The translations under genes and the position numbers were made by a program. Positions 1 to 9,639 of a stretch of DNA of 64,000 nt are shown here, one piece after another (position 1 is the first letter of the stretch; the number at the start of each line of letters is the position of its first letter). Where the stretch lies: positions 128,001-192,000 of the forward strand of contig JBBRLQ010000005.1 of NCBI GenBank assembly GCA_038231275.1. Reading direction: 5' to 3'. Source of the DNA: Polyangiales bacterium. Its GTDB lineage: Bacteria > Myxococcota_A > Polyangia > Polyangiales > Polyangiaceae. Below the pieces are notes generated by a model, which searched no databases, was not told the DNA's origin, and saw nothing but the letters and a program-made list of their open reading frames with translations.

Positions 1-2
1 CC

Positions 3-695
3 GCCCCCGACGGCTGGCTGGCGCTCGTCGGGAAGTATCCGCTCGAAAAGGGGACCTCCAGGGTCGCAGTGGAGCGTGACGGGGGCGCGCCGCTCGATCT
101 CGGCGTCGCGTTCGACGGTGCGCGCGTGATGCTCGAGCTTTCGCCGGGCGACGTGCGTGAGCTCGGCCCGAGCGGCATCGCGCTCGGGAGCATCACGCTG
201 GAGCTCCTCCAGCGCGGCGAGGAGGCGTACTTGCGCGTGAAGGACGCCGCGTCGCGCGCCCGCACCGAATTCGCTGGAGTGCCGTATTTCCCCGTCGATC
301 CGCGCTTGCGCGTCGTCGCGAAGCTCGAGCCGTTCCCCTCGCCGCGGGAGATCACGCTCGACTACGAAGGCGGCGCGTCGACGACGTACGTGACCGCCGG
401 CGTCGCTCGCTTCGAGGTGGATGGGAAGCCGCAACGCCTCACGCTGCTCGTCGATCCCGACAAGCCGCGCCTCTACGTGCTCTTCAAGGATCTCACGAGC
501 CGCGACGCGACGTACGGCGCCGGTCGCTTCATGTACACGCCGCTCCCCGAGGGCGGAGAGGTCGTCGTCGACTTCAACCAGGCCTTCAACCCGCCCTGCG
601 CGCTCACGCCGTGGGCGAGCTGCCCGCTGGTGCCTCGCGAGAACTGGCTCGACGTCCGCGTCGAGGCAGGCGAGAAGCGGCCCGAGGAACACTGA
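3..695 (+). CDS. DUF1684 domain-containing protein (5' truncated by window)
   Basis: Frame open from window start (APDGWLALVG); motifs LFKD..S..TYGAGRF, DFNQAFNPPCA..PWASCP, ENWL..VEAGEK. Confidence 0.85.
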   Translation, partial: APDGWLALVGKYPLEKGTSRVAVERDGGAPLDLGVAFDGARVMLELSPGDVRELGPSGIALGSITLELLQRGEEAYLRVKDAASRARTEFAGVPYFPVDPRLRVVAKLEPFPSPREITLDYEGGASTTYVTAGVARFEVDGKPQRLTLLVDPDKPRLYVLFKDLTSRDATYGAGRFMYTPLPEGGEVVVDFNQAFNPPCALTPWASCPLVPRENWLDVRVEAGEKRPEEH

Positions 696-698
696 CTC

Positions 699-2027
699 AT
701 GTACGCGCGCGCCGAGTCGCGCGTGCCGCGCCGCGTCCTCGTCGTCGCGTGGGCGGCGCTGATCCTCTCGCTCGCGGTTCGCGAGACGTGGATCTTCGCG
801 GTTCAGTCGCCGTTCGACACGATCTACTCCGACATGGGCGGTTACATCGATCGCGCCCGCGAGCTGGTAGACGGCGTCGGACGCGTGTACCCGCGCCTTC
901 GGGCGTTCTATCCGTACGGCACCCACTACGTCTTCGCGGCGCTGTTCAAGATCATCGGGGAGCAGCATACCGTCGCCGTGCGCGTCGTGTACGCCGCGAT
1001 GGCGTCGTTTCCAGCGTTTCACTTCGTTCTGCTCGCGTCGCGCATGTTCCGCTCGACGTGGGTGCTCGCGCTTCTCGGGCTGCTCTTCGCGGTGTGGCAG
1101 CCGCTCGTGTGGATCGTCGGATTTTTCATCTCCGAGGTCCCGTTCACGTGGCTCCTCTTCTACAACGCCTGGCTGGCGGTGAAGTTTTCGGAGACGCGGC
1201 GGGGCGGCCTGCGTTTGGGCCTCACGTCGGCGGTGCTCTTCGCGGTGCGGCCGCAGTTCATCCTCACCTTCGCGCTCATGGGGTTCTTGTACGCGCTCCA
1301 GCGCGGGCCGCTCCTCGTCCGGAAATACGCGTGGGGTCCGTACGCGCGGGTCCTCGCGCCGTGGCTCGTCGTGCTCGCCTTCAGCGCGGTGCGCCTCCAC
1401 TCGCTGAGCGGTCGGTGGGGCCTCATCTCCGAGAACAGCGGCCTCAACCGCCTCTTGTCGGACACGACGTACTCGCGCATCGAAGCCAACTGGGACACGG
1501 AGGAGAACGGACACTTCTGGTTCTGGATCGACGCGCCGGCGAAGTCGTTCGTGAACGAGCGGGCGACCGTGAACATCAACGGCTACATCGGCGACGTCGC
1601 GTTGCTGGATGTGGAGCGCCGGCGCTTCCTCGCCGACAAGACGTTCGCGTGGCGGGTGCGCCGGGCGCTCCGCAACGTCCAGCTCCTCTACCGGTGGAAC
1701 GATCCCTGGCCGGAGGAGGAGATCAAATCGCCGCCGTGGCGTCACGCGCTCCAGGAGCACTTCAACGAAGCCGTGCGGTGGGTGGTACTACCGCTTGCCG
1801 TGCTCGGGCTCTTCTCGGCGAGACGTCGCGCGCTGCTCGGCGTCATCTTCGCGCACGTGGGCACCGCGATCGGGCTTGCGATGTTCTTCTTCCCGGAGGC
1901 TCGCTACCGCGTCCCCTACGATCCGATGCTCCTCATCCTCGCGTTCGTGGCGATCGGTGGCTTGTGGGGGGTCGCGCGGAAGGTCGCCGTCGGGTTGGGG
2001 GCCGCGCGCGTCACGAAATTCTGGTAG
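699..2027 (+). CDS. Polytopic membrane protein, GT-C/ArnT/PMT-like glycosyltransferase
   Basis: Many TM segments; SDMGGY after first TM, YPYG, SEVPF, VRPQ and EARYRVP motifs typical of GT39-like proteins. Confidence 0.6.
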   Translation: MYARAESRVPRRVLVVAWAALILSLAVRETWIFAVQSPFDTIYSDMGGYIDRARELVDGVGRVYPRLRAFYPYGTHYVFAALFKIIGEQHTVAVRVVYAAMASFPAFHFVLLASRMFRSTWVLALLGLLFAVWQPLVWIVGFFISEVPFTWLLFYNAWLAVKFSETRRGGLRLGLTSAVLFAVRPQFILTFALMGFLYALQRGPLLVRKYAWGPYARVLAPWLVVLAFSAVRLHSLSGRWGLISENSGLNRLLSDTTYSRIEANWDTEENGHFWFWIDAPAKSFVNERATVNINGYIGDVALLDVERRRFLADKTFAWRVRRALRNVQLLYRWNDPWPEEEIKSPPWRHALQEHFNEAVRWVVLPLAVLGLFSARRRALLGVIFAHVGTAIGLAMFFFPEARYRVPYDPMLLILAFVAIGGLWGVARKVAVGLGAARVTKFW

Positions 2028-2037
2028 GAACCGTCCC

Positions 2038-4446
2038 ATGAAGGCCTCGTTCCGCTGGCTCCGGGAGCTCGTCCCGAACCTCACCGCCACCGCTGAAGAG
2101 CTCGCCGCGCGCCTCACCGGCGCGGGACTCGCGGTCGACGGCGTGACGCGGTTCGGCCAGGGATCGAGCGCGTGCGTCGTCGCGAAGGTCACGTCCGTGC
2201 GCCCGCATCCGACGAAGAGCGGTCTGCGCCTCGTCACCGTCGATCGCGGCGGCGCGACGCAGGAGGTCGTGTGCGGAGCTCCCAACGTTCCGGAGCCCGG
2301 CGGCCTCGTCGTCCTCGCGCCGCTCGGCACGCACCTCCCGGCGAAGGGAATGACGATCGAGCGCCGCACCATCGCGGGCGTCACCAGCGAGGGAATGCTG
2401 TGCAGCGAGTCCGAGCTCGGCCTCACCGAGGAGAGCGACGGAATCATCGTCCTCCCCGCGGGCGCAGGCGCGCCGGGTGACGCGTTCACCAAGGCGAGTC
2501 CGTCCGCGGAGGACGTGATCTACGAGCTCGATCTGACCCCGAACCGCGCCGACGCCCTCGGGCACGTCGGCCTCGCGCGCGACGTCGCGGCGATCTTCGG
2601 CCTCGCGTGGGAGCCGCCGAAGGTCGCGCCGCCGTCCCGCACCGGCACGCAAGACGTCGCCGCGCTCGCGCAGGTCACCATCGACGATCTCGAGCGCTGC
2701 CCCCACTACGGCGCAGCCGCGATCGTCGACGTCACGATCGGACCGTCTCCCCTGTGGGCGCGATACCGCCTCTCCTCGCTCGGGGTGCGGTCGATCTCGA
2801 ACGTCGTCGACGTCACGAACCTCGTGATGCTCGAGTACGGCCACCCGATGCACGCGTTCGATCTCGATCTGGTGCGCGGCGCCAAGATCGTCGTGCGCCG
2901 CGCGAAGGACGGCGAAACGATGAAGACGCTCGACGGTGTGGAGAGGAAGCTCACCGCCGACGATCTCCTCATCTGCGACGGCGAGGGACCGACCGCGCTC
3001 GGCGGCGTGATGGGCGGCGCGATCAGCGAAATCAACGGGGCGACCAAGCGCGTCTTGTTCGAGTGCGCGTACTTCGAGCCGCGCGGCGTGCGGCGGACGT
3101 CGCGGCGCCATGGGCTCCACACCGAGTCGAGCCACCGCTTCGAGCGCGGCGTCGACCCGGGGGACGTCTCGGCGGTGCTGGCGCGCGCGGTGTCGTTGAC
3201 GAGCGAGCTCGCGGGCGGGGCGGCGGTAAAGGGAGAGCTCCACGCCGGCGACGCCACACCGAAGCGCCGCGTCGTGAAGCTGCGCGCGGATCGCCTCGAT
3301 CAGCTCGTCGGCGAGCCGGTCGCGTGGGACGAGGCACGCGCGATCCTGACGCGACTGGGCTGCGTGGTAGAAGACGCTGCGCAGCGTGAGGCTTCGGTGC
3401 GCGTGCCGACGCATCGCCCCGACATCCTCCGCGAGTGCGATCTCATCGACGAGGTCGCCCGCATCCGAGGCATCGATCGCGTGAAACCGGTGCTGCCGGC
3501 GATCCGCTCCACGCGCGACGAGGGGCCGCGCGAGGAGGCCGCGCGTCAGGCCCGCGCCGCCGCCGTCGAGATGGGCTTGTCGGAGGCGATCACGTTCGCG
3601 TTCGTCGCGCCCGGCGATCTCGCGAAGGTTGGCGCGCCGGCGGCGACCGTGATCCTGAAGAACCCACTCAACGAGCTGCAGACGGTCATGCGCACGAGCC
3701 TCCTCCCGGGCCTCCTGGAGGCGCTCCGGCGCTCTCGACGTCACGGTGTGCGCGACGTCCGCCTCTTCACGATTGGCGCACGCTACCTCGCGGGCAAAGA
3801 TCTCCCCGAGGAACGCCTCTCGTTCGCGGCGATCGTGGCCGGCGATCGACCGAGCTACCTCACCAAGCCCGTTCCCGTCGACGTGTGGGACGGCAAAGGC
3901 CTCGCGGAGGGGCTCGTCGCGCGCCTCGTTCGACGCTCGGCGGTCATCCGCGCGCTGGCGGCGTCGGACCGGCCCGCGCACCTCCACCCGCGCGGCGCCG
4001 CTGGAATTTACGTGCAAAATGCATGCGTTGGTACGGTCGGTCCTCTGCACCCCGACGTCGTGGAGTCGTTCGATCTCGGCGAAGGCTGCGTCGTCGTCGA
4101 GCTCGATCTCGCGCGTCTCGGTGAAATCGGCCGCGCGCCGCCTGCGTTCGTCGACATCCCGCGCTTCCCCGCGAGCACGCGCGATCTCGCGATCGTCGTG
4201 CACGACGACGTCGCGGCGGGAGACGTCCTCGGCGCGGTGCGCGAGGCAGCAGGCGCCCTCGCGTGCGACGTGGACCTGTTCGATCGCTTCGTCGGCGGCG
4301 CGATCCCCAAGGACCACGCGAGCCTCGCGATCCACGTCGTCTACCGCGCGCCCGATCGCACGCTGACCGACGCCGAAGTTGACCAGAGTCACGCGAAGGT
4401 CGTGGCCGAGGTCGGCCGGCGCTTCGGCGCGCAGCTGCGGGCGTGA
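2038..4446 (+). CDS. pheT: Phenylalanine--tRNA ligase beta subunit
   Basis: MKASFRWLREL start, VCGAPN, SEGMLCS, LTPNRAD, GHPMHAFD, RFERGVD, DLIDEVARI, C-terminal RTLTDAEV (FDX-ACB). Confidence 0.97.
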   Translation: MKASFRWLRELVPNLTATAEELAARLTGAGLAVDGVTRFGQGSSACVVAKVTSVRPHPTKSGLRLVTVDRGGATQEVVCGAPNVPEPGGLVVLAPLGTHLPAKGMTIERRTIAGVTSEGMLCSESELGLTEESDGIIVLPAGAGAPGDAFTKASPSAEDVIYELDLTPNRADALGHVGLARDVAAIFGLAWEPPKVAPPSRTGTQDVAALAQVTIDDLERCPHYGAAAIVDVTIGPSPLWARYRLSSLGVRSISNVVDVTNLVMLEYGHPMHAFDLDLVRGAKIVVRRAKDGETMKTLDGVERKLTADDLLICDGEGPTALGGVMGGAISEINGATKRVLFECAYFEPRGVRRTSRRHGLHTESSHRFERGVDPGDVSAVLARAVSLTSELAGGAAVKGELHAGDATPKRRVVKLRADRLDQLVGEPVAWDEARAILTRLGCVVEDAAQREASVRVPTHRPDILRECDLIDEVARIRGIDRVKPVLPAIRSTRDEGPREEAARQARAAAVEMGLSEAITFAFVAPGDLAKVGAPAATVILKNPLNELQTVMRTSLLPGLLEALRRSRRHGVRDVRLFTIGARYLAGKDLPEERLSFAAIVAGDRPSYLTKPVPVDVWDGKGLAEGLVARLVRRSAVIRALAASDRPAHLHPRGAAGIYVQNACVGTVGPLHPDVVESFDLGEGCVVVELDLARLGEIGRAPPAFVDIPRFPASTRDLAIVVHDDVAAGDVLGAVREAAGALACDVDLFDRFVGGAIPKDHASLAIHVVYRAPDRTLTDAEVDQSHAKVVAEVGRRFGAQLRA

Positions 4447-5333
4447 CGATGCTCACGCGTCCCTTCGGCGCCACGGGCATCATGGTCTCCGCCCTCGGCC
4501 TCGGCGCAGGACACATCGGCGACGCGGGCGCGTCAGAGGACGAGGTCGGGCATCTCCTCAACGCGGCCGTCGATCGCGGCGTCACGTTCATCGACACGGC
4601 GCGCGGCTACGGCCTCTCGGAAGAGCGCGTCGGGCGCCACCTCGCGCACCGCCGCAAGGACTTCGTGCTCTCGACGAAGGGCGGCTACGGCGCGGACGGC
4701 GCGGCGGACTGGACCGCCGAGTCGATCTCGTCCGGGATCGATCAAGCCCTCGCGCGGATGCGGACCGACGTAGTCGACGTGTTCTTCCTCCACTCCTGCC
4801 CGCGCGACGTGCTCGCGCGAGGCGACGTCCCGCGCGCGCTCGAGCGGGCGAAGGAGCAGGGCAAGGTGCGCGTCACGGCGTACTCCGGCGAGAACGACGC
4901 GCTGGCGTTCGCCGTCGCGTCGTCGTTCGGCGCGATTCAGTGCTCGGTGAACATCTGCGATCAGCGCTCGCTGTCGGCGGAGGTGGCGGCGGCGACGGCG
5001 CGGGGGATGGGCGTCGTCGCAAAGCGCCCCATCGCGAACGCGCCCTGGAGGTTCGCGGAGCGGCCGGCCGGTGACTACTGCGAGCCGTATTGGGAGCGCC
5101 TCCGGGCGATGGGCGGCGACGCGCTTCGGGCGGGCGGCGACTGGCTCGATCTTGCGCTCCGCTTCTCCGCGTTCGCGCCGGGCGTCTCGACGGCGATCGT
5201 CGGCACCCGCAGCCTCGTCAACCTCGAGGCCGCGGCCCGCGCGGTGGAGCGCGGCCCCCTCGACGACGCCACCCTCGCGCGGTTGCGCGACGCGTTCCGC
5301 GCCCACGACGCCAACTGGGCTGGCCAAGTCTGA
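4443..5333 (+). CDS. Aldo/keto reductase
   Basis: VSALGLG, FIDTARGYGLSEE, LSTKGG, D..FLH; 4-nt overlap with pheT stop. Confidence 0.9.
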   Translation: MTMLTRPFGATGIMVSALGLGAGHIGDAGASEDEVGHLLNAAVDRGVTFIDTARGYGLSEERVGRHLAHRRKDFVLSTKGGYGADGAADWTAESISSGIDQALARMRTDVVDVFFLHSCPRDVLARGDVPRALERAKEQGKVRVTAYSGENDALAFAVASSFGAIQCSVNICDQRSLSAEVAAATARGMGVVAKRPIANAPWRFAERPAGDYCEPYWERLRAMGGDALRAGGDWLDLALRFSAFAPGVSTAIVGTRSLVNLEAAARAVERGPLDDATLARLRDAFRAHDANWAGQV

Positions 5334-5339
5334 GCACCC

Positions 5340-6188
5340 TCACGTCGTCGTGAGATCACGTGCGCGTCGCGCCTGCGACGGAGGAACGCCGAAGCGCGCG
5401 CGGAAGGCCTCGCTGAACGCGGCGAAGCTCTTGTAGCCGACCTTGGTGGCGATCTCGCCGATCGCGAAGCGTCGTCCGAGCAAGAGGAGGCGCGCCTCGT
5501 CGAGCCTGCGTCCGCGGACGTACGCGGAAGGGGTGACGCCGAGCTCTCGCTTGAGCGCGCGCAGGAGCGAGGACTCGCTGGCGCCGCACGTCGCGGGCAG
5601 GGACGCGATCACGTCGTCGTCGAAGAGCTTGGCCTCGATCACTGCGAGCGCGCGCGCCAGCAGCGGGCTCTCGTCGCTCGCGACGCTCGGGCGCTCACCC
5701 TCCTTCTCGCGTTCGAGCGCCACGAAGTAGACCTCCTTCGGGATCTCCGTCTCGAGGAAGCGCGTCGCGTCGTTGTTGCGCTTTTTGCAGTGTGCGCGCT
5801 CGAACAAGTACCGGTGGCAGAGCTCGTTCAGCCAGGTCGTTCGCGGGAGGAGCGTCGTCGTGCGCAGCGTCCGCTCGAAGCGGCGTGCGTCGATGTCGCC
5901 GCCGTACGTCTCGCGCGTCTTCTGCGCGAGGGACGGCGAGACGGTCAGCGCGAGCAAGTGACCGACCGGCGTCTTGGGCGTCACGCGCGCCGTCTCGCCC
6001 TTCGCCACGACGAGCAGCGTCGCTTTGTCGATCACGTACGCCGCGCGGCCGACGCGCGCTTCCACGATGCCGGCGTCGGTCGTGACCATCAGCGTGGGCT
6101 TGGTCGCGTCGATCCGCGCGGTGTCGCCCCCGCGCTGCGGGACGAAGCGGATGCCCATCGGGCCGGTCGGATCGTCGAGCGGTTCCAC
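5340..6188 (-). CDS. AraC family transcriptional regulator
   Basis: C-terminal double HTH: RLDEARLLL..IGEIATKVGYKSFAAFSEAFRARFGVPPS; start codon uncertain. Confidence 0.88.
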   Translation of the reverse strand: MEPLDDPTGPMGIRFVPQRGGDTARIDATKPTLMVTTDAGIVEARVGRAAYVIDKATLLVVAKGETARVTPKTPVGHLLALTVSPSLAQKTRETYGGDIDARRFERTLRTTTLLPRTTWLNELCHRYLFERAHCKKRNNDATRFLETEIPKEVYFVALEREKEGERPSVASDESPLLARALAVIEAKLFDDDVIASLPATCGASESSLLRALKRELGVTPSAYVRGRRLDEARLLLLGRRFAIGEIATKVGYKSFAAFSEAFRARFGVPPSQARRARDLTTT

Positions 6189-6622
6189 TCCCGAAGGAGC
6201 GTATCACCGGGCCGGAGCGCGGCGCGCGGCGCGTCAGGGTGCGGCGCGGGGACGACGATGTCGTCGTCGGTCCCTTTGCGTTTGTCGGGACCGAAGCTCC
6301 GCACGCGCGTTTGCTCTCCCTCGCACGCGATCTCGTAGGGGACGTCCCACGGGTCCGTCATCTTCGAGGCCTCGTCGACCACGCCGGAGGCGACGAGCGC
6401 GTCGGCAGTCGGACAATCTTCCGGCACGTGCGAGAGGCGCCATGACTCGGCGGCCTGGCGGAGGCTGAGCGCTTGGGTGCGTGCCGTCGTCAGGCGCGCG
6501 CGCGTGAAGTGGCCCATCACGGCGATCGCCACGCCGCCGGCGATGAGGCCGAGGATCGTGACGACGACCATGACCTCGATGAGCGTGAAGCCGCGACGAC
6601 GGGAGGGTGCGTTGGTTGCCAT
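6089..6622 (-). CDS. Type II secretion GspG-like major pseudopilin
   Basis: Prepilin cleavage site RRG|FTLIEVMVV, DPW..PY and SFGPDK..GTDDDI motifs; true 3' end may be near 6234 (see findings). Confidence 0.8.
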   Translation of the reverse strand: MATNAPSRRRGFTLIEVMVVVTILGLIAGGVAIAVMGHFTRARLTTARTQALSLRQAAESWRLSHVPEDCPTADALVASGVVDEASKMTDPWDVPYEIACEGEQTRVRSFGPDKRKGTDDDIVVPAPHPDAPRAALRPGDTLLREWNRSTIRPARWASASSRSAGATPRGSTRPSPR

Positions 6623-6635
6623 GTTCCGTCCCTTC

Positions 6636-6650
6636 GCGAAACACGTGCCG
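6636..6650 (-). promoter_or_regulatory. Candidate sigma54 -24/-12 promoter of pseudopilin gene
   Basis: CGGCACGTGTTTCGC (GG-N10-GC), 14 nt upstream of ATG 6622. Confidence 0.5.
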
Positions 6651-6789
6651 GCGCCTGAGCCACGTCGTCCCGCGCGTTTTCAGGCGCGCCAACGCCCTCA
6701 CTGCGCCAACGCGGCAGTACGCGCGACCGGCGGCGACAAATCGTCAGCTGGCTTTGCGGGATTGAGCGGCAAACCGTAGGATGCGCGGG

Positions 6790-8079
6790 ATGGTCACCGC
6801 GGAGCCTAGGGACCCCAGCCTCGTCGGGGCGGTCCTCTCGCGACGGTTTCGCCTCCTGAAGAAGGTGGGGAGCGGCGGCATGGGATCGGTCTACACGACC
6901 GACCAGGTGATCGAGGGCCGCAAGGCCGCGGTGAAGCTGCTCCACCCCGAGTTCGTGCACGAGCCCGAGGTGAAGGCGCGCTTCGAAGAGGAGGCGCGGA
7001 CCATCCAGCGCCTCATCCACCCGAACATCCTCCGGGTCTTCGAGTGCACCGAGGCCGAGGACGGCACGCCGTACATCGTGATGGAGCTGCTCGAGGGCGT
7101 GCCCCTGAGCGCGTACACGGAGAACGGCGGGCGCGTGCCGCTCGCGCAGGCGGTGGTCATTGGGCAAGGCATCCTCGCGGGCCTCGCCGCGGCGCACGCG
7201 CAGGGCATCGTCCACCGCGATCTGAAGCCCGAGAACGTGTTTCTCTCGAACGAGGGCGGCGCGCACTTCGTCGTGAAGCTCCTCGACTTCGGCATCGCCA
7301 AGGTGATGGACGCCGCCGGCGGCATGGGCACCAAGACGCGCACCGGCATGCTCCTCGGAACCCCGGCGTACATGAGCCCCGAGCAAGTGAAGAACTCGAA
7401 GGACGTCGATCCGCGGAGCGATCTGTGGAGCGCCGGCGTCATGCTGTACGAGATGCTCACGGGGCGAACGGCATTCCCGGCGCCGACGGAGTACGCGCGC
7501 CTCTTCGCGGTGCTGAACAACACGCCGGAGCCGATCGAGCGCATCGATCCGGACCTCGCGCCCGTCGCCGCGTTCATGCTGCGCGCGATGGACAAGAACC
7601 GAGAGACGCGTTTCCAGTCGGCCCTCGAGATGGCGCGCGCGCTCACGCAGCTCGTGGGGCAGGGAGATCCGCTCAGCCGCGCGCAGCCGCTCTCGCGCTT
7701 GCCGGAGGTCGGCTCGCTCTACGCGCCGACCGGGATGGCGACGGCGGCGACCTCACCGCAGGCCAACAGCGCGTTCATCCCGCCGCCCACGCACGCCGTG
7801 GGTCCGGCGACGGTGCAGACCGGTCCGAGCGGCACGCTCACGAGCCCGGCGCGGCCCGACGTGGTCATCGCCGACGCGGTGCACTCGGTGCCGGTGGTCG
7901 TGGTCTCGAGCGGCGGCGGCACGCTGCCCTCCAACGATCTCCCGATGCTCGACGCGGTCACGCACGGCGCACCGCGCCTGCGCCGCGGGATCGACGCGAA
8001 GATCCTGGTCCTGCTCGTGGTGATCGCGCTCTTCGCCGGGTTCAGCCTCGGCTTCGCGGTAGGCCGCGGCTTCGGGTGA
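6790..8079 (+). CDS. Ser/Thr protein kinase with C-terminal TM helix
   Basis: GSGGMGSVY, AVKLL, HRDLKPEN, DFG, GTPAYMSPEQ; hydrophobic C-terminus; start 6781 or 6790. Confidence 0.93.
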   Translation: MVTAEPRDPSLVGAVLSRRFRLLKKVGSGGMGSVYTTDQVIEGRKAAVKLLHPEFVHEPEVKARFEEEARTIQRLIHPNILRVFECTEAEDGTPYIVMELLEGVPLSAYTENGGRVPLAQAVVIGQGILAGLAAAHAQGIVHRDLKPENVFLSNEGGAHFVVKLLDFGIAKVMDAAGGMGTKTRTGMLLGTPAYMSPEQVKNSKDVDPRSDLWSAGVMLYEMLTGRTAFPAPTEYARLFAVLNNTPEPIERIDPDLAPVAAFMLRAMDKNRETRFQSALEMARALTQLVGQGDPLSRAQPLSRLPEVGSLYAPTGMATAATSPQANSAFIPPPTHAVGPATVQTGPSGTLTSPARPDVVIADAVHSVPVVVVSSGGGTLPSNDLPMLDAVTHGAPRLRRGIDAKILVLLVVIALFAGFSLGFAVGRGFG

Positions 8080-8086
8080 TGCGCGC

Positions 8087-8223
8087 GCGTCTTGGCGGGC
8101 TTGCCCCTCCTTTGCCCCTGGCGGGGTGAGTCCTCGCGCCGGCGACGCCTTGCACTCGGGGAACAGGGGCGCCGGCGCGTGGCGTCCTTACGGGGCAAAG
8201 GAGGGGCAAGCCCGCCAAGACGC
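8087..8223. repeat. 137-nt palindromic element with perfect 32-bp terminal inverted repeats
   Basis: 8087-8118 GCGTCTTGGCGGGCTTGCCCCTCCTTTGCCCC is the exact reverse complement of 8192-8223; inner IR CGCGCCGGCG/CGCCGGCGCG. Confidence 0.9.
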
Positions 8224-8298
8224 TTCTTTGGGGGGTGATGTTTGGCCCGAGGGACGCCGATCAGCCGTGCGTGGTCGCGTAACGGAGCTGTCGCTCCG

Positions 8299-8838
8299 TT
8301 ACGCGAGCTTTGCGCTGAGGAACGCTTTCAGCTTGATCAGTGTCTTCTTGTCGCGTGTGAAGCTTGGGATTTGGTAGGCGGCTGCCCACGCCTTCACCTC
8401 GCCTAGGAACGTGGCGCGGACGCCGTCGTCGCCGACGATGTCGTCTACCGTGCGGCCCCGCGCGGCGCCTTTGCGGAGGTTTTTCACGTAGGCCTCGAGG
8501 CGCGCGTAGTCCTCACCCAGGAACTCCTTCACCGCGTGCGCGTCGTCGGCGAGGCGGCCGAGCGCGCCGTCCTTCGTCGAGGGCGCCTCTGCGATCGCGA
8601 GCGACGCGGCGACGCGGATGACGAACGCGTCGTCCAAAAATCCGAGATCGTCGATGCCGTCTGGGATGAGGTCGAGCGACTTGAAGATGTAGTTGAGGCC
8701 GGCGGTCACGTAGCGCCGCACGCCGTCGGGCGCGTCGGGCCCGACGAAGCCGCCGAGCGCGTTCGCGTCTTCTCCCAGCGAACGGAGCCACGAAGGGAAG
8801 ACCTCGAGAAATCGTTCGTCGACGTGCGTGTCGGTCAT
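8299..8838 (-). CDS. YkvA/DUF1232 domain protein
   Basis: LNYIFKSLDLIPD.I..LGFLDDAFV motif; AGGAG upstream of ATG 8838. Confidence 0.8.
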   Translation of the reverse strand: MTDTHVDERFLEVFPSWLRSLGEDANALGGFVGPDAPDGVRRYVTAGLNYIFKSLDLIPDGIDDLGFLDDAFVIRVAASLAIAEAPSTKDGALGRLADDAHAVKEFLGEDYARLEAYVKNLRKGAARGRTVDDIVGDDGVRATFLGEVKAWAAAYQIPSFTRDKKTLIKLKAFLSAKLA

Positions 8839-8980
8839 CGGGGAGCTCCTGCCGTGCGAGAGCCGCAAGGCTAACCCGAATCCTCGCGCGAAGCACCCTT
8901 CGGCGACCGGGCCGCGGAGGGGCGCACTCTTGACACGGGTACGCGGGCCAGGCCTCCTTCGGGCCCCCGGAGGCCCAAAA

Positions 8981-9595
8981 ATGAAACTCTATCAAAACCC
9001 GCTCTCGCCCAACGTCCGCCGCGTCCGGCTCACCGCCGCGGCGCTCGGGATCTCGCTCGACGAGAAGCTCGTCGACTTCGCGAAGGGCGAGCACAAGTCC
9101 CCAGAGTACCTCGCCATCAACCCCAACGGCGCCGTCCCCACGCTGGTCGACGGCGAGTTCATCCTGACCGAGTCGCGGTCGATCATGCAGTACCTGGCGT
9201 CCACGAAGCCAGAGAGCGGCCTCCTCCCGCGCGACGAGCGCGCGCGCGCCGACGTGACGCGCTGGCAGTTCTGGGACGCCTCGCACTTCTCGCCGCAGAT
9301 GGGCACGCTCGGCTACGAGCGCATGGTCAAAGGCATGATGGGCCTCGGCGATCCCGATCAGGCCAAGATCCAGGAGGCCATGACGAATCTGCGGAGGTGG
9401 TCCGCCGTGCTGGAAAAGCGCCTGAACGGCGCGACGTACATCGTCGGCAAGGCGCTCACGCTGGCAGATCTGACGATCGCCTCGTCGCTCATGTACGCCA
9501 AGCAGGTCGAGGCGCCGATCTCCGAGTTCCCGAACCTGCAAGCGTGGTTCGGTCGGATGACCGAGCTCGACGCGTGGCGCAAGGTTAGCGGCTAG
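8981..9595 (+). CDS. Glutathione S-transferase
   Basis: SPNVRRV, INPNGAVPTLVDG, LTESRSIMQYL, LTLADL; GGAGG RBS. Confidence 0.93.
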   Translation: MKLYQNPLSPNVRRVRLTAAALGISLDEKLVDFAKGEHKSPEYLAINPNGAVPTLVDGEFILTESRSIMQYLASTKPESGLLPRDERARADVTRWQFWDASHFSPQMGTLGYERMVKGMMGLGDPDQAKIQEAMTNLRRWSAVLEKRLNGATYIVGKALTLADLTIASSLMYAKQVEAPISEFPNLQAWFGRMTELDAWRKVSG

Positions 9596-9639
9596 GAGTC
9601 CACGGCGAGAAGTGGCGTCGGCGAGAGCTGCGGTCGTCT

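Noticed and set aside
2011-4392. Long antisense and alternate-frame ORFs (e.g. 2011-4392, 9700-11511, 20704-22308, 38403-40886)
   Set aside because: Shadow ORFs expected in high-GC, GC3-biased DNA; they overlap well-supported genes and lack motifs
8087-8223. Hairpin as SRP (4.5S) or 6S RNA
   Set aside because: No SRP domain IV motif (CAGG..GGAA..AGCAG) seen; perfect IRs without a central bubble are unlike 6S
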